From: a virus
Lineage: Duplodnaviria > Caudoviricetes
Direction: 5' to 3' (one strand)
Virus record (IMG/VR): IMGVR_UViG_3300036803_000043
Location: 1-44,577 of that record
Length of the DNA stretch: 44,577 nt
Shown here: piece by piece, positions 8,437 through 16,167 of the stretch
How positions within the stretch are numbered: position 1 is the first letter of the stretch
How the letters are laid out: every line of letters starts with the position of its first letter
Position numbers and translations under genes: made by a program
Notes under the pieces: model-generated
Told to the model about the DNA's origin: nothing
Database searches by the model: none
What the model saw: the letters and a program-made list of their open reading frames with translations, nothing else

Positions 8437-10124
8437 AACTACGCAAGTACCAGCTTGAGGCCAAAGCCGCGCTGCGGGCCGGGTTCGCTGGCGGCGAGCA
8501 CCGTCTAGGGGTCAGCCTTCCGACCGGCACCGGCAAGACGGTGATATTCAGCTCGATGGCTCAAGACGCTCACGCCAAGGGCAATCGGGTCATCGTGCTG
8601 GTACACCGAGACACCCTGGTAAAGCAGGCATACGAAAAGCTAAGCCAGGTTGTCCCGGCCTCAGCCCTCGGGATTGTCAAAGCTGACCGCAACGACGTTC
8701 ACGCACCGATCATCGTGGCCTCAGTTCACACGCTGCGGTCGCCCGAGCGGCTGCGGCAGATCATTGCCCCAAACCTGACCATTGTCGATGAGGCTCACGT
8801 CTCAGTGGCCCCAACCTACCGGGACTACTACGAACACGTAGGAGCTGTGCCGGGTGGTCGTGGTTTCCTGGCCGGCTTCACCGCAACCTGGCAGCGCGGC
8901 GACCGGCTTGGTTTGGGCGACGTGTGGCAGCGGATCGCTTTTAAGCGGTCGATGAAGTGGGCAGTGCGCAATGGGTTCCTAGTCCGGCCCGAGGCCATCC
9001 AGCTGGGTGGTGAGCTCGATATGTCGAGTGTTCGCACTATCAAGAACAAAGACTCCGAGCACTACGGGGACTACGTCGAGCGAGATCTGCAGGAGCTGGT
9101 CATGGTCGATGATCTGCTGCAGACCGTGATCGACGGCTATCACAAGTTTGCCGAGGGTAAGCCGGCTGTGCTGTTCGCCCCAACGCAGGCCAGCTGTAAC
9201 TACTTCTTAGACGGAATGAGAGTAGCTGGCATACCCACTCAGGCCGTGATAGCCGGCACCACCAAGGCCGCCCGGCAATGGGCATTCGCCAGCTTCGACA
9301 CCGGCACTACCAAGGTGCTAGGCACCTGCACCGCGCTGGCGGAAGGCTGGGACTCGCCGCGGTGCGAAGTCGCGCTGATGGTGCGCCCGACTCGCAGCCA
9401 GCTGATGTTCACGCAGCAAGTAGGTCGCATCCTGCGGCCGTGGCCAGGCAAGCAGCGTGGTTTGATCCTCGATTTTGTCGGTGTGTGTGACGACAAAGAC
9501 CTGCGCTCGGTAGTCGACCTTAGCCTTACCCCCGAGGCCAAAGAGGTCGAATACCCATGCCTCGTGTGCGGCCGGGAACGGTGCGACGAATGCGATGGGT
9601 GCCCGTATCAGGACTGTGACTACCGCAACTGCGTATGTGAGCGAGAGGAGGATAAAGGGCCTCAGGTACCCATCCCGAGGACGGCAAAGAAGATCGAAGG
9701 CGTGACAGAAGTTGATCTATTCGCCGGAACCGACGCGCGCTGGCTGACCACCAACCGAGGCATCCCGTTCGTGCAGACTCGGGATCACACCTATTTTGTC
9801 GCCTTGAAAGATGGGGAGTATGGCGTTGGTCGGTTTGGTAAGCATAAGCAAACGTGCCGATGCCACGGTCCGGGCAAGTGGGTGGCCAGCGGACTTACTT
9901 CTGATGAGGCGCTAGAGCAGGGCAGTGATCTTGCGCTGGCCGAGGATGACTCGGTAGCAGATAAGCGCGCTGGTTGGCGCCAGGGCAATAAACCTGCCTC
10001 TCTAGAGCAAGAGGCATATGCGCTCACCCTCGGGATTACTCCAGAAGGGATGACCAAAGCTCAGCTGTCCGACGCAATCAGTGTCAAGATCGCTAACGGC
10101 CTACTGGCCAGGATAGGAGTATGA
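8433..10124 (+). CDS. Superfamily 2 DEAD/DEAH-box helicase
   Basis: LRKYQ, PTGTGKT, DEAH, TAT, EGWD, QQVGRILR; Cys-rich insert. Confidence 0.95.
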   Translation: MKLRKYQLEAKAALRAGFAGGEHRLGVSLPTGTGKTVIFSSMAQDAHAKGNRVIVLVHRDTLVKQAYEKLSQVVPASALGIVKADRNDVHAPIIVASVHTLRSPERLRQIIAPNLTIVDEAHVSVAPTYRDYYEHVGAVPGGRGFLAGFTATWQRGDRLGLGDVWQRIAFKRSMKWAVRNGFLVRPEAIQLGGELDMSSVRTIKNKDSEHYGDYVERDLQELVMVDDLLQTVIDGYHKFAEGKPAVLFAPTQASCNYFLDGMRVAGIPTQAVIAGTTKAARQWAFASFDTGTTKVLGTCTALAEGWDSPRCEVALMVRPTRSQLMFTQQVGRILRPWPGKQRGLILDFVGVCDDKDLRSVVDLSLTPEAKEVEYPCLVCGRERCDECDGCPYQDCDYRNCVCEREEDKGPQVPIPRTAKKIEGVTEVDLFAGTDARWLTTNRGIPFVQTRDHTYFVALKDGEYGVGRFGKHKQTCRCHGPGKWVASGLTSDEALEQGSDLALAEDDSVADKRAGWRQGNKPASLEQEAYALTLGITPEGMTKAQLSDAISVKIANGLLARIGV

Positions 10125-10294
10125 CTATGGAAGATCTAGTAGGGCCACTGACGAATATCCGTTTTGCTAGCCAGGCGCTAGAGCAGGGTGAAGACGTGGC
10201 TACCACCGAGGAGGGTGACACCTACTCGTTACGTGCGATGGCGCACGCTCTGGTAGCCCTAGCCCAAATGTGCGCTGAGGCGCGTGATGCCTAA
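10121..10294 (+). CDS. 57-aa hypothetical protein
   Basis: Read manually; ATGA overlap with the helicase, AGGAG RBS. Confidence 0.55.
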   Translation: MTMEDLVGPLTNIRFASQALEQGEDVATTEEGDTYSLRAMAHALVALAQMCAEARDA

Positions 10295-10496
10295 ACAGCT
10301 GCCGATACCTCACCCGCACCCGCACGGACGGCCACGCAATCACAATTTCAGGACATGCGACCAGTGCCAACGGTTCGTCAGGATAGGCGGGCCGGCGGCA
10401 CAGCGAGCCACTAAACGAATTAACAGGGAGTTGGTCAGGTTGTGCACCTGCGGCAGTGGATACGACCCTAGGTGTCCGACATGCGGGGATAGATGA
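10287..10496 (+). CDS. Small Cys/His-rich protein
   Basis: H...CDQC...CTC...CPTC. Confidence 0.6.
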   Translation: MPKQLPIPHPHPHGRPRNHNFRTCDQCQRFVRIGGPAAQRATKRINRELVRLCTCGSGYDPRCPTCGDR

Positions 10497-10527
10497 GGAT
10501 TAAACTAACTAGATTGGAGCAACGACC

Positions 10528-10794
10528 ATGAGGATCAACGTCTACTCCCAGGAACTGACCAAAGAGATCGAACACGTCACCAAGACCGCGGATACCGGCA
10601 TCGTTTATCACGCCGTCCGTATGTACCTTGCGTCCCCCGACGTGCTGCACCATGCGCCCGGCGATGACGATAGATCGGCTATCACATTCTGGATTCCTAA
10701 CGCTGCATCATTCGATCGGGAAGATCTCGCAAACGTGTTCATAGATATGGCAATGATGTGTAACGACCTGCCAGATCCTGAACCCAACGACTAA
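10528..10794 (+). CDS. Hypothetical protein
   Basis: 88 aa, GGAG RBS. Confidence 0.7.
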   Translation: MRINVYSQELTKEIEHVTKTADTGIVYHAVRMYLASPDVLHHAPGDDDRSAITFWIPNAASFDREDLANVFIDMAMMCNDLPDPEPND

Positions 10795-10838
10795 GAGCTT
10801 CCTAACAAACGAAACAACCACTAGAAAGCGAGACCGCG

Positions 10839-12374
10839 ATGACCGCACCGAACGCAGATGCGTTGCTGGAAGACGACATCATTACCAACGATGCCCCCAC
10901 TGTCCCTACCGGCAGGTTCAATCGGTTGATACTGCCCACGAGTAACGGAAGCGCCAAAGAATACACACACGTGACCACTGTGGCCAAGACGCTAGATGAC
11001 GGTTTCGGTATAGGCGTGTGGCGTACCGGCCGAGTGGCGTGGGCTCTAGCCCAGCGTCCTGATCTGGTTCTGCGCCTGGCCGCTGTGCCGATGGACGATA
11101 AGGACACCATCAATGAGGTGGTAGCCAAGGCTGAGATCGTTGCCGGCAACGATGAGGGGTCCAATCTCGGGACTGCCTACCACAACATTCTGGCCCGAGT
11201 CGATGCCGGCGAGGACATGACTGATGTCCACCCGCATTTTAAGACCTTGATCCATAATTACCTAGCGGAGCTAGACCGCAAGGGCTTAAACGCTGTGCCC
11301 GAGCTCATCGAGCGCCGTGTGCTGTGCTCTCGCTACGGTTGTGCCGGCACATTCGACAACGGTTACACTGAATACAATGGCGGTTATGTGCTGGGCGACA
11401 AGAAAACTGCTAACGATCCGAGGCGCAGCGAGCTATCCATCGCCACGCAGCTGGCAACTTACGTAAATTCAGACGCCATGATGAATTACGAAACTGGCCA
11501 GTTCGAGGCCATGCCGCCGTTCCGTACGGACTACGCGCTGGTCATCCGCATCGACCGGGAGACGTTCGAGGTCAACATCGACCGCATCGACATCGAGGTC
11601 GGCTGGGCCGCTGCCCGAGTGGCGATGGAGACCCGCGCGCTGCGCAAGGTCAAGGGACTCATGCACCCGTACATCGTGGGTGGCGACTGGGTACCTAAGC
11701 CAGCGGCGTCCCTTCCACCGTCACCACCACTGCACCCGGTTAGTCGGGACGTAATTGCCGGGGTAGTCAACTCAATGACGGGTGTAGCGGCAACGGTAGG
11801 CGCAATGGTCGACCAGGCCATCGCTACCGGCGACACAGGGCCTGAGGCGATGGCAGAGCTCAACGGCCAAGCCAAAGCTGCTGTAGTCACTCCTCGGCCG
11901 CACCCAGGCATTGACGCAGATGTCCGCGTGAACGAGATCCTAGAGATCCGCAAGAACGATAAGAGCCGGCTGCAGCTGTGGGCCGGCACCCTCGGGTGCA
12001 CTGATCTCGCGCACCACCGCAAGTGGCTGGCCGAGTGGATTGTCACGGCCACGCCGGGCAGCAGCGCCGTTGAGCCTCCCGAGGCATCAGCCAACGGCCA
12101 GGGTAGGCACCCGCGTACCAAGGCTGAGGCAGGGCTAGACGGCCCCGTGCCGGACCAGCCGCCCGGCCAGCCGGTCATCGACCTGACTGCTGATCAGATC
12201 ATCCGAGACATCGCCAGCGCCACCAACCACGACGTGCTCAACAGCATCTATCAGCGTTGGACTACCACCTACGGTCCGGGGTCGTGGACGGGAAACGTAC
12301 GGGAGGCAGCAGACCGGCGAGCGGCAGAGCTGTCGAGCTCGTTGAGCTCTGGCAGCGATGGTGCACCCTTCTAA
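10839..12374 (+). CDS. PD-(D/E)XK exonuclease (Cas4/RecB/RecE-like) with long C-terminal extension
   Basis: VTTV, GTAYH, E...AGTFD...GDKKT...QLATY; ends DGAPF. Confidence 0.8.
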   Translation: MTAPNADALLEDDIITNDAPTVPTGRFNRLILPTSNGSAKEYTHVTTVAKTLDDGFGIGVWRTGRVAWALAQRPDLVLRLAAVPMDDKDTINEVVAKAEIVAGNDEGSNLGTAYHNILARVDAGEDMTDVHPHFKTLIHNYLAELDRKGLNAVPELIERRVLCSRYGCAGTFDNGYTEYNGGYVLGDKKTANDPRRSELSIATQLATYVNSDAMMNYETGQFEAMPPFRTDYALVIRIDRETFEVNIDRIDIEVGWAAARVAMETRALRKVKGLMHPYIVGGDWVPKPAASLPPSPPLHPVSRDVIAGVVNSMTGVAATVGAMVDQAIATGDTGPEAMAELNGQAKAAVVTPRPHPGIDADVRVNEILEIRKNDKSRLQLWAGTLGCTDLAHHRKWLAEWIVTATPGSSAVEPPEASANGQGRHPRTKAEAGLDGPVPDQPPGQPVIDLTADQIIRDIASATNHDVLNSIYQRWTTTYGPGSWTGNVREAADRRAAELSSSLSSGSDGAPF

Positions 12375-12559
12375 GTAACCAGGCATAACCTGTGATAGCA
12401 TGGCATAGCATGGAGGTGACTGTGAGCGGAATAGAGATCGGCTGATGGCTGGGAGGGTCGCGCATTCCTACTGGGCTACGCAGGTACTCGACACGAGCGA
12501 CCCCGTAGCGCCACGAACCACGCGAACTAACCACGATGATCACTGAAAGGAACACAGCT

Positions 12560-13498
12560 ATGACGCAGCCGGCAAACGCCGATAGCTTGCTAGGTGGGGC
12601 ATCTAATATCAACTGGGGCAAGTTGGACGAATTTAAGGCCAGGTGGCTACCCGGCCAGGATGGGCAACTGCGATGGCGAGGTGGCACCGTACTGGAGATC
12701 CCGACCGAGGAACAACAGCGGGACTTCGATACCGGTGAGCCGCAGTTCTGGGACAACGGTGGAGAAAAAAAGCAGATCGTTGTTCTGCTGCAAACCAACG
12801 AGCGGGATAACGGGGACTTTGACGACGGTATCCGCCGCTTGTATATCAAAAAGAACGGGATGCATCCCGGTTCGATGTATGGCGAGATCACCCGAGCGGT
12901 CAAGGCCGCCGGTGGTGGGTTTGGCGCAGTCGGGTCACAGATCTACTTCGCCGCTACTGGGCTAGATTCCAGCAAGACTAAGAAGGGTGCCGACCCCACT
13001 CGGCTGTTCGCTGCTGGGTTCGTGCCAGCGCCACCGGCCAATGCTCAAGGCATGCTTGCTGATGAGAACCCGGGAGGCCAGGCCGCTGCGACTAATGGCA
13101 ACGGGGCAGCTCCAGCTCCACAAGGTCAACAGCCTCAGTATCAGCCGGCGCCGCAGAGTCAGCCTCAGTATCAGCCTCAGGGCCAACAGCCTCAGTACCA
13201 GCCGGCTCCGCAGGGTCAACAGCAATACCAGCAGCCACAAGGTCAACCCGTCTACCAGCAGCAGCCAGCACCGAGCGGAGCTCCGCAATACCAGCAGCAA
13301 GCGCCACAAGGTCAACCCGTCTACCAGCAGCCTCAGCAAAACGCACCATACGGACCTCCTCAAGGTCAGCAGCAGTACCAGCAGCAAGCACCCAACGGTA
13401 ACGGCCAGCCGCCGCAGAACGGACCGTACGGACCTCCGCAGGGTCAGCAACAGCAGCAAGACCCGAACAACCCCTACCAGTACACACCACAGCAGTAA
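12560..13498 (+). CDS. ssDNA-binding-like protein with Q/P/G/Y low-complexity tail
   Basis: QQRDFDTGEPQFWDNG...QIVVLLQT...DDGIRRLYIK resembles actinophage SSB-like proteins; follows the exonuclease; GAAAGGA RBS before ATG 12560. Confidence 0.7.
   Translation: MTQPANADSLLGGASNINWGKLDEFKARWLPGQDGQLRWRGGTVLEIPTEEQQRDFDTGEPQFWDNGGEKKQIVVLLQTNERDNGDFDDGIRRLYIKKNGMHPGSMYGEITRAVKAAGGGFGAVGSQIYFAATGLDSSKTKKGADPTRLFAAGFVPAPPANAQGMLADENPGGQAAATNGNGAAPAPQGQQPQYQPAPQSQPQYQPQGQQPQYQPAPQGQQQYQQPQGQPVYQQQPAPSGAPQYQQQAPQGQPVYQQPQQNAPYGPPQGQQQYQQQAPNGNGQPPQNGPYGPPQGQQQQQDPNNPYQYTPQQ
13120..13495 (+). repeat. Coding low-complexity repeats (QPQYQP, PQGQPVYQQ, PYGPPQGQQQ)
   Basis: For example GCCACAAGGTCAACCCGTCTACCAGCAGC at 13234 and 13303. 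Confidence 0.9.
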
Positions 13499-13505
13499 TC
13501 AGGCC

Positions 13506-13546
13506 AGCGGTGCCGGGCGAACACCACACGCTCGGCACCGCTTTCA
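13506..13546 (+). terminator. Probable intrinsic terminator
   Basis: AGCGGTGCCGGGCG...CGCTCGGCACCGCT followed by TTCAATT. Confidence 0.65.
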
Positions 13547-13563
13547 ATTAGGGGCGAACCACG

Positions 13564-13734
13564 ATGGCTACTTTCAAGACACCCGGTCACCGGATGATTA
13601 AGCAGCGTTCATCTACCTGGTGTGCATGCGGACATTACTTAGGCGGATTAGGAGCCGAGGACGGCTGGCAACCGTCGAACACACGCACCAAATATGCACT
13701 TCACCGGGTGCAGGTGCACAATGCCCAACGCTAA
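13564..13734 (+). CDS. 56-aa His/Cys microprotein
   Basis: Read manually: MATFKTPGH...WCACGH...ALHRVQV; AGGGG RBS. Confidence 0.55.
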   Translation: MATFKTPGHRMIKQRSSTWCACGHYLGGLGAEDGWQPSNTRTKYALHRVQVHNAQR

Positions 13735-14209
13735 CCGAGACAAGGGCCTGCGGTTCGAGCGAGCCGTGGCCAACTACTACCGAGCTCACGGACTGCTCGA
13801 TGCAAAGCGTCGGGTTGTCACCGGCTGGCGCACCTCCTCGGACAACGATCCCGACCTTGGAGACCTCAAGGGCGTGCCGGGTATCTGCACTCAGGCCAAA
13901 GACGTAGTGAAGTCGCACCCCCGCGGGCTGTCCGGTAACGCTTTGGTCAGCGTAATGGCCGAGGCACAAGCGCAAGCGAACGCTAACGGCGACGCGATTG
14001 CTTTAGTTGTGGAGAAGCGAGCTGGCCATGCTGATGTCGGAGAGTGCTGGGTACACATGCCGGGGCACATCCTCGGTGCTCTGCTGTTCGGGATTGACCC
14101 GTTCACGCCGCCAGGCATGTGGTCGACGTTCCCGGTCCGCATCGAGATGAAGCACGTTATCGATAGCTTAGTCAAGTTCTCTCAGATGTGTGGGAAGGAA
14201 GCAGCGTGA
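13721..14209 (+). CDS. Holliday junction resolvase (Hjc-like)
   Basis: NRDKGLRFERAVANY, DLGDL.G.PG..TQAK, EAQAQAN, VVEKR. Confidence 0.8.
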   Translation: MPNANRDKGLRFERAVANYYRAHGLLDAKRRVVTGWRTSSDNDPDLGDLKGVPGICTQAKDVVKSHPRGLSGNALVSVMAEAQAQANANGDAIALVVEKRAGHADVGECWVHMPGHILGALLFGIDPFTPPGMWSTFPVRIEMKHVIDSLVKFSQMCGKEAA

Positions 14210-14529
14210 ACGAAAATACGAACACGGATATGTGGATTGCACTAAGGAATGCGTTGTCGAATGTAGCCATTCGAGGAGGTAGCTTAACATCCTCTGACTG
14301 TGGAGCACTGGTCAGTAAACTGGATGCGCACCTATCTGGTGAGCCGATGAATGCTGATGCGTCACTAAAGTCCTTAGTGATGGCCTGTCTAGCTTCAGCT
14401 AGCGAGATACTATATAACCTGTCCTACAATGAAGCCATCGGCGATATTGGTGACGCGGACAGAGCTCGGATGATTGCGCGCCGATGTGCCATCGCACTGA
14501 ACAACCTATCTAATGGCGAACGTCTGTGA
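14206..14529 (+). CDS. Hypothetical protein (lower GC)
   Basis: GTGA coupling to the resolvase, AAGGAAG RBS. Confidence 0.55.
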   Translation: MNENTNTDMWIALRNALSNVAIRGGSLTSSDCGALVSKLDAHLSGEPMNADASLKSLVMACLASASEILYNLSYNEAIGDIGDADRARMIARRCAIALNNLSNGERL

Positions 14530-14648
14530 GCTTGGGCTAACATACCCCCGGGGCAGGATCTAGCGTGTCTACGCACTCCCGCTAGCAGAGTGCACCGCGG
14601 CCTGCCCCGCTAGCCTGAACACTGCGGATCGTTGCCTGACGAACCCGC

Positions 14649-14698
14649 CAGAGTGCCCCCTAGGACCTCGTGGTCACTTTCACCTAGGGGGCACTCTG
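14649..14698. terminator. Perfect 16-bp inverted repeat (terminator or cis site)
   Basis: CAGAGTGCCCCCTAGG (14649-14664) / CCTAGGGGGCACTCTG (14683-14698). Confidence 0.7.
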
Positions 14699-14717
14699 CT
14701 GCCCAGACTTGCGCGAC

Positions 14718-14745
14718 GTGCTAAGCACGGTGCTAAGCTGCCTGC
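14718..14745 (+). promoter_or_regulatory. Palindromic operator-like site GTGCTAAGCAC plus a leaderless -10 element
   Basis: GTGCTAAGCAC at 14718; TGCTAAGCT then 6 nt to ATG 14746; motif repeated at 20618. Confidence 0.6.
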
Positions 14746-15120
14746 ATGACGCAACCCTCCCCCGAGGAAACACGGCGCTACCAGCTCGCTGCAGTGCTCG
14801 GTGAGCTGGTGCCCGAGTATGTGGACCTCGATAGCCCGAGGCTGTCCCGGCAGCTGAGCCAAGCTGGCCGGCTGGTAGCCCAGAAGCACAGCATTAACCA
14901 CCGGATCATGCACGCCGATGCCCAGCGGGCTGGCGCAATCGTCTGGGCCATGCGCGACCGCGGCATGAGCTGGCGGCAGATCTACGACGCCACAGGAATC
15001 GTGCAGCGCAGCGGCCAACGTTGGGCTGACCTATTCCTGGCCGAAGGCATCACGACGCCGTCCGCTGCGGAGCTCGATGCCCGCGCCGATGGCCCGCACG
15101 AGGAAGGCGAATCCCGATGA
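14746..15120 (+). CDS. HTH DNA-binding protein, candidate module repressor
   Basis: RGMSWRQIYDATGIVQRSGQRW HTH pattern. Confidence 0.75.
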   Translation: MTQPSPEETRRYQLAAVLGELVPEYVDLDSPRLSRQLSQAGRLVAQKHSINHRIMHADAQRAGAIVWAMRDRGMSWRQIYDATGIVQRSGQRWADLFLAEGITTPSAAELDARADGPHEEGESR

Positions 15121-15275
15121 CTACCAACGGCGAGCACGAGATCAGCACTAAGAACGATCAAGCCTGGCGACGCAACACACCAGAGCAGCGAGCCAAGCGG
15201 CGGGCCGCATGGGGCAACTGGACACCTAGCCAGCCACGCGAGTCCGAGCAGCGATGGAACGGGGTTACGTCGTGA
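15117..15275 (+). CDS. 52-aa hypothetical protein
   Basis: Read manually; ATGA/GTGA coupling at both ends. Confidence 0.5.
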   Translation: MTTNGEHEISTKNDQAWRRNTPEQRAKRRAAWGNWTPSQPRESEQRWNGVTS

Positions 15276-15436
15276 GCATTCCTGAGTGGCTACGCGAGGA
15301 GCTTGCTCGCCGCGCCGCCAATCCAACTGGCTGGGATTCCGTCGACACGGGTGCCGATAACGACAGGTCTAGGAGCCCTGAGCCACTGCGTGTGCCAGCA
15401 GCAGAGCCGTGGACAAAAGCTAAGAGGTGGGAATGA
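15272..15436 (+). CDS. 54-aa hypothetical protein
   Basis: MSIPEWLREELARR...KRWE; coupled at both ends. Confidence 0.5.
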   Translation: MSIPEWLREELARRAANPTGWDSVDTGADNDRSRSPEPLRVPAAEPWTKAKRWE

Positions 15437-16167
15437 TGGACATGCGGCAAGTCAGCACGGCCGCGTGCTGGGTAGCCATCCTGGCCAGCTTTGTTCTGTC
15501 GTTCAGCACGTGGCTGGCGCTCGGCCAGCTGGCCGGCTTTGGCGCGCTGGCGGTGGCGCTGCCGTTCTGCGTCGATGGCTACCTAGTCACCGCGCTCACC
15601 ACCTGGCTATGGCCAGGCATCAGCGCCAGCCTGGCCAGGTTCGCTCGGAACAACCTCTACGCGGTTGGCGTGGCCGCGGTCCTAGCTCAGGCCAGCTATC
15701 ACGGGGCCATCACGATCGGTCATGCCAGCTGGGCAGTCGCGCTGGCATTCGTCGTGGGTGGACTTCCACCAGCCATTGCCACAGTGGCTGTGCACATCCG
15801 AGCCAGGGCGGTCAGGGAAGCAGAGCCGGTCAGTGATCCAGCCATGGCGCCAGAATTATCGCTACCAGCAGTAGACACAGCACAGCTGCCGATGCCAGCA
15901 GCGCCGCCACAAATTGAGCCCACCGCACCGCCCGAGTCTGCGCCACAGCTAGCCCGAGAAGTAGCGCCACCACGCCCGAAAGTTGAATCGTCAGGGTCGG
16001 GACAACGGCGCTCAAGCGCCAGCCTCGATGACGTGCGCCGCTGGTTAGACGACGGGTTGTCCCACCGGCAGATAGCGCAGCGGCTGAACGTGAGCCCACG
16101 GACCGCCACCCGGCGAATCGCCGACGCCCGTTCCGAGGGTGCCGTCAGTCTGCGGGCTGTGCGATGA
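15433..16167 (+). CDS. DUF2637/SpdA-like multi-TM protein with C-terminal HTH
   Basis: ASFVLSF...LA...GF...ALPFCVDG; four TM segments, Pro-rich linker, GLSHRQIAQRLNVSPRTATR. Confidence 0.75.
   Translation: MMDMRQVSTAACWVAILASFVLSFSTWLALGQLAGFGALAVALPFCVDGYLVTALTTWLWPGISASLARFARNNLYAVGVAAVLAQASYHGAITIGHASWAVALAFVVGGLPPAIATVAVHIRARAVREAEPVSDPAMAPELSLPAVDTAQLPMPAAPPQIEPTAPPESAPQLAREVAPPRPKVESSGSGQRRSSASLDDVRRWLDDGLSHRQIAQRLNVSPRTATRRIADARSEGAVSLRAVR

Noticed and set aside
14636-14700. CTGACGA resembling a hammerhead ribozyme core
   Set aside because: No GAAA and stem II at a suitable distance
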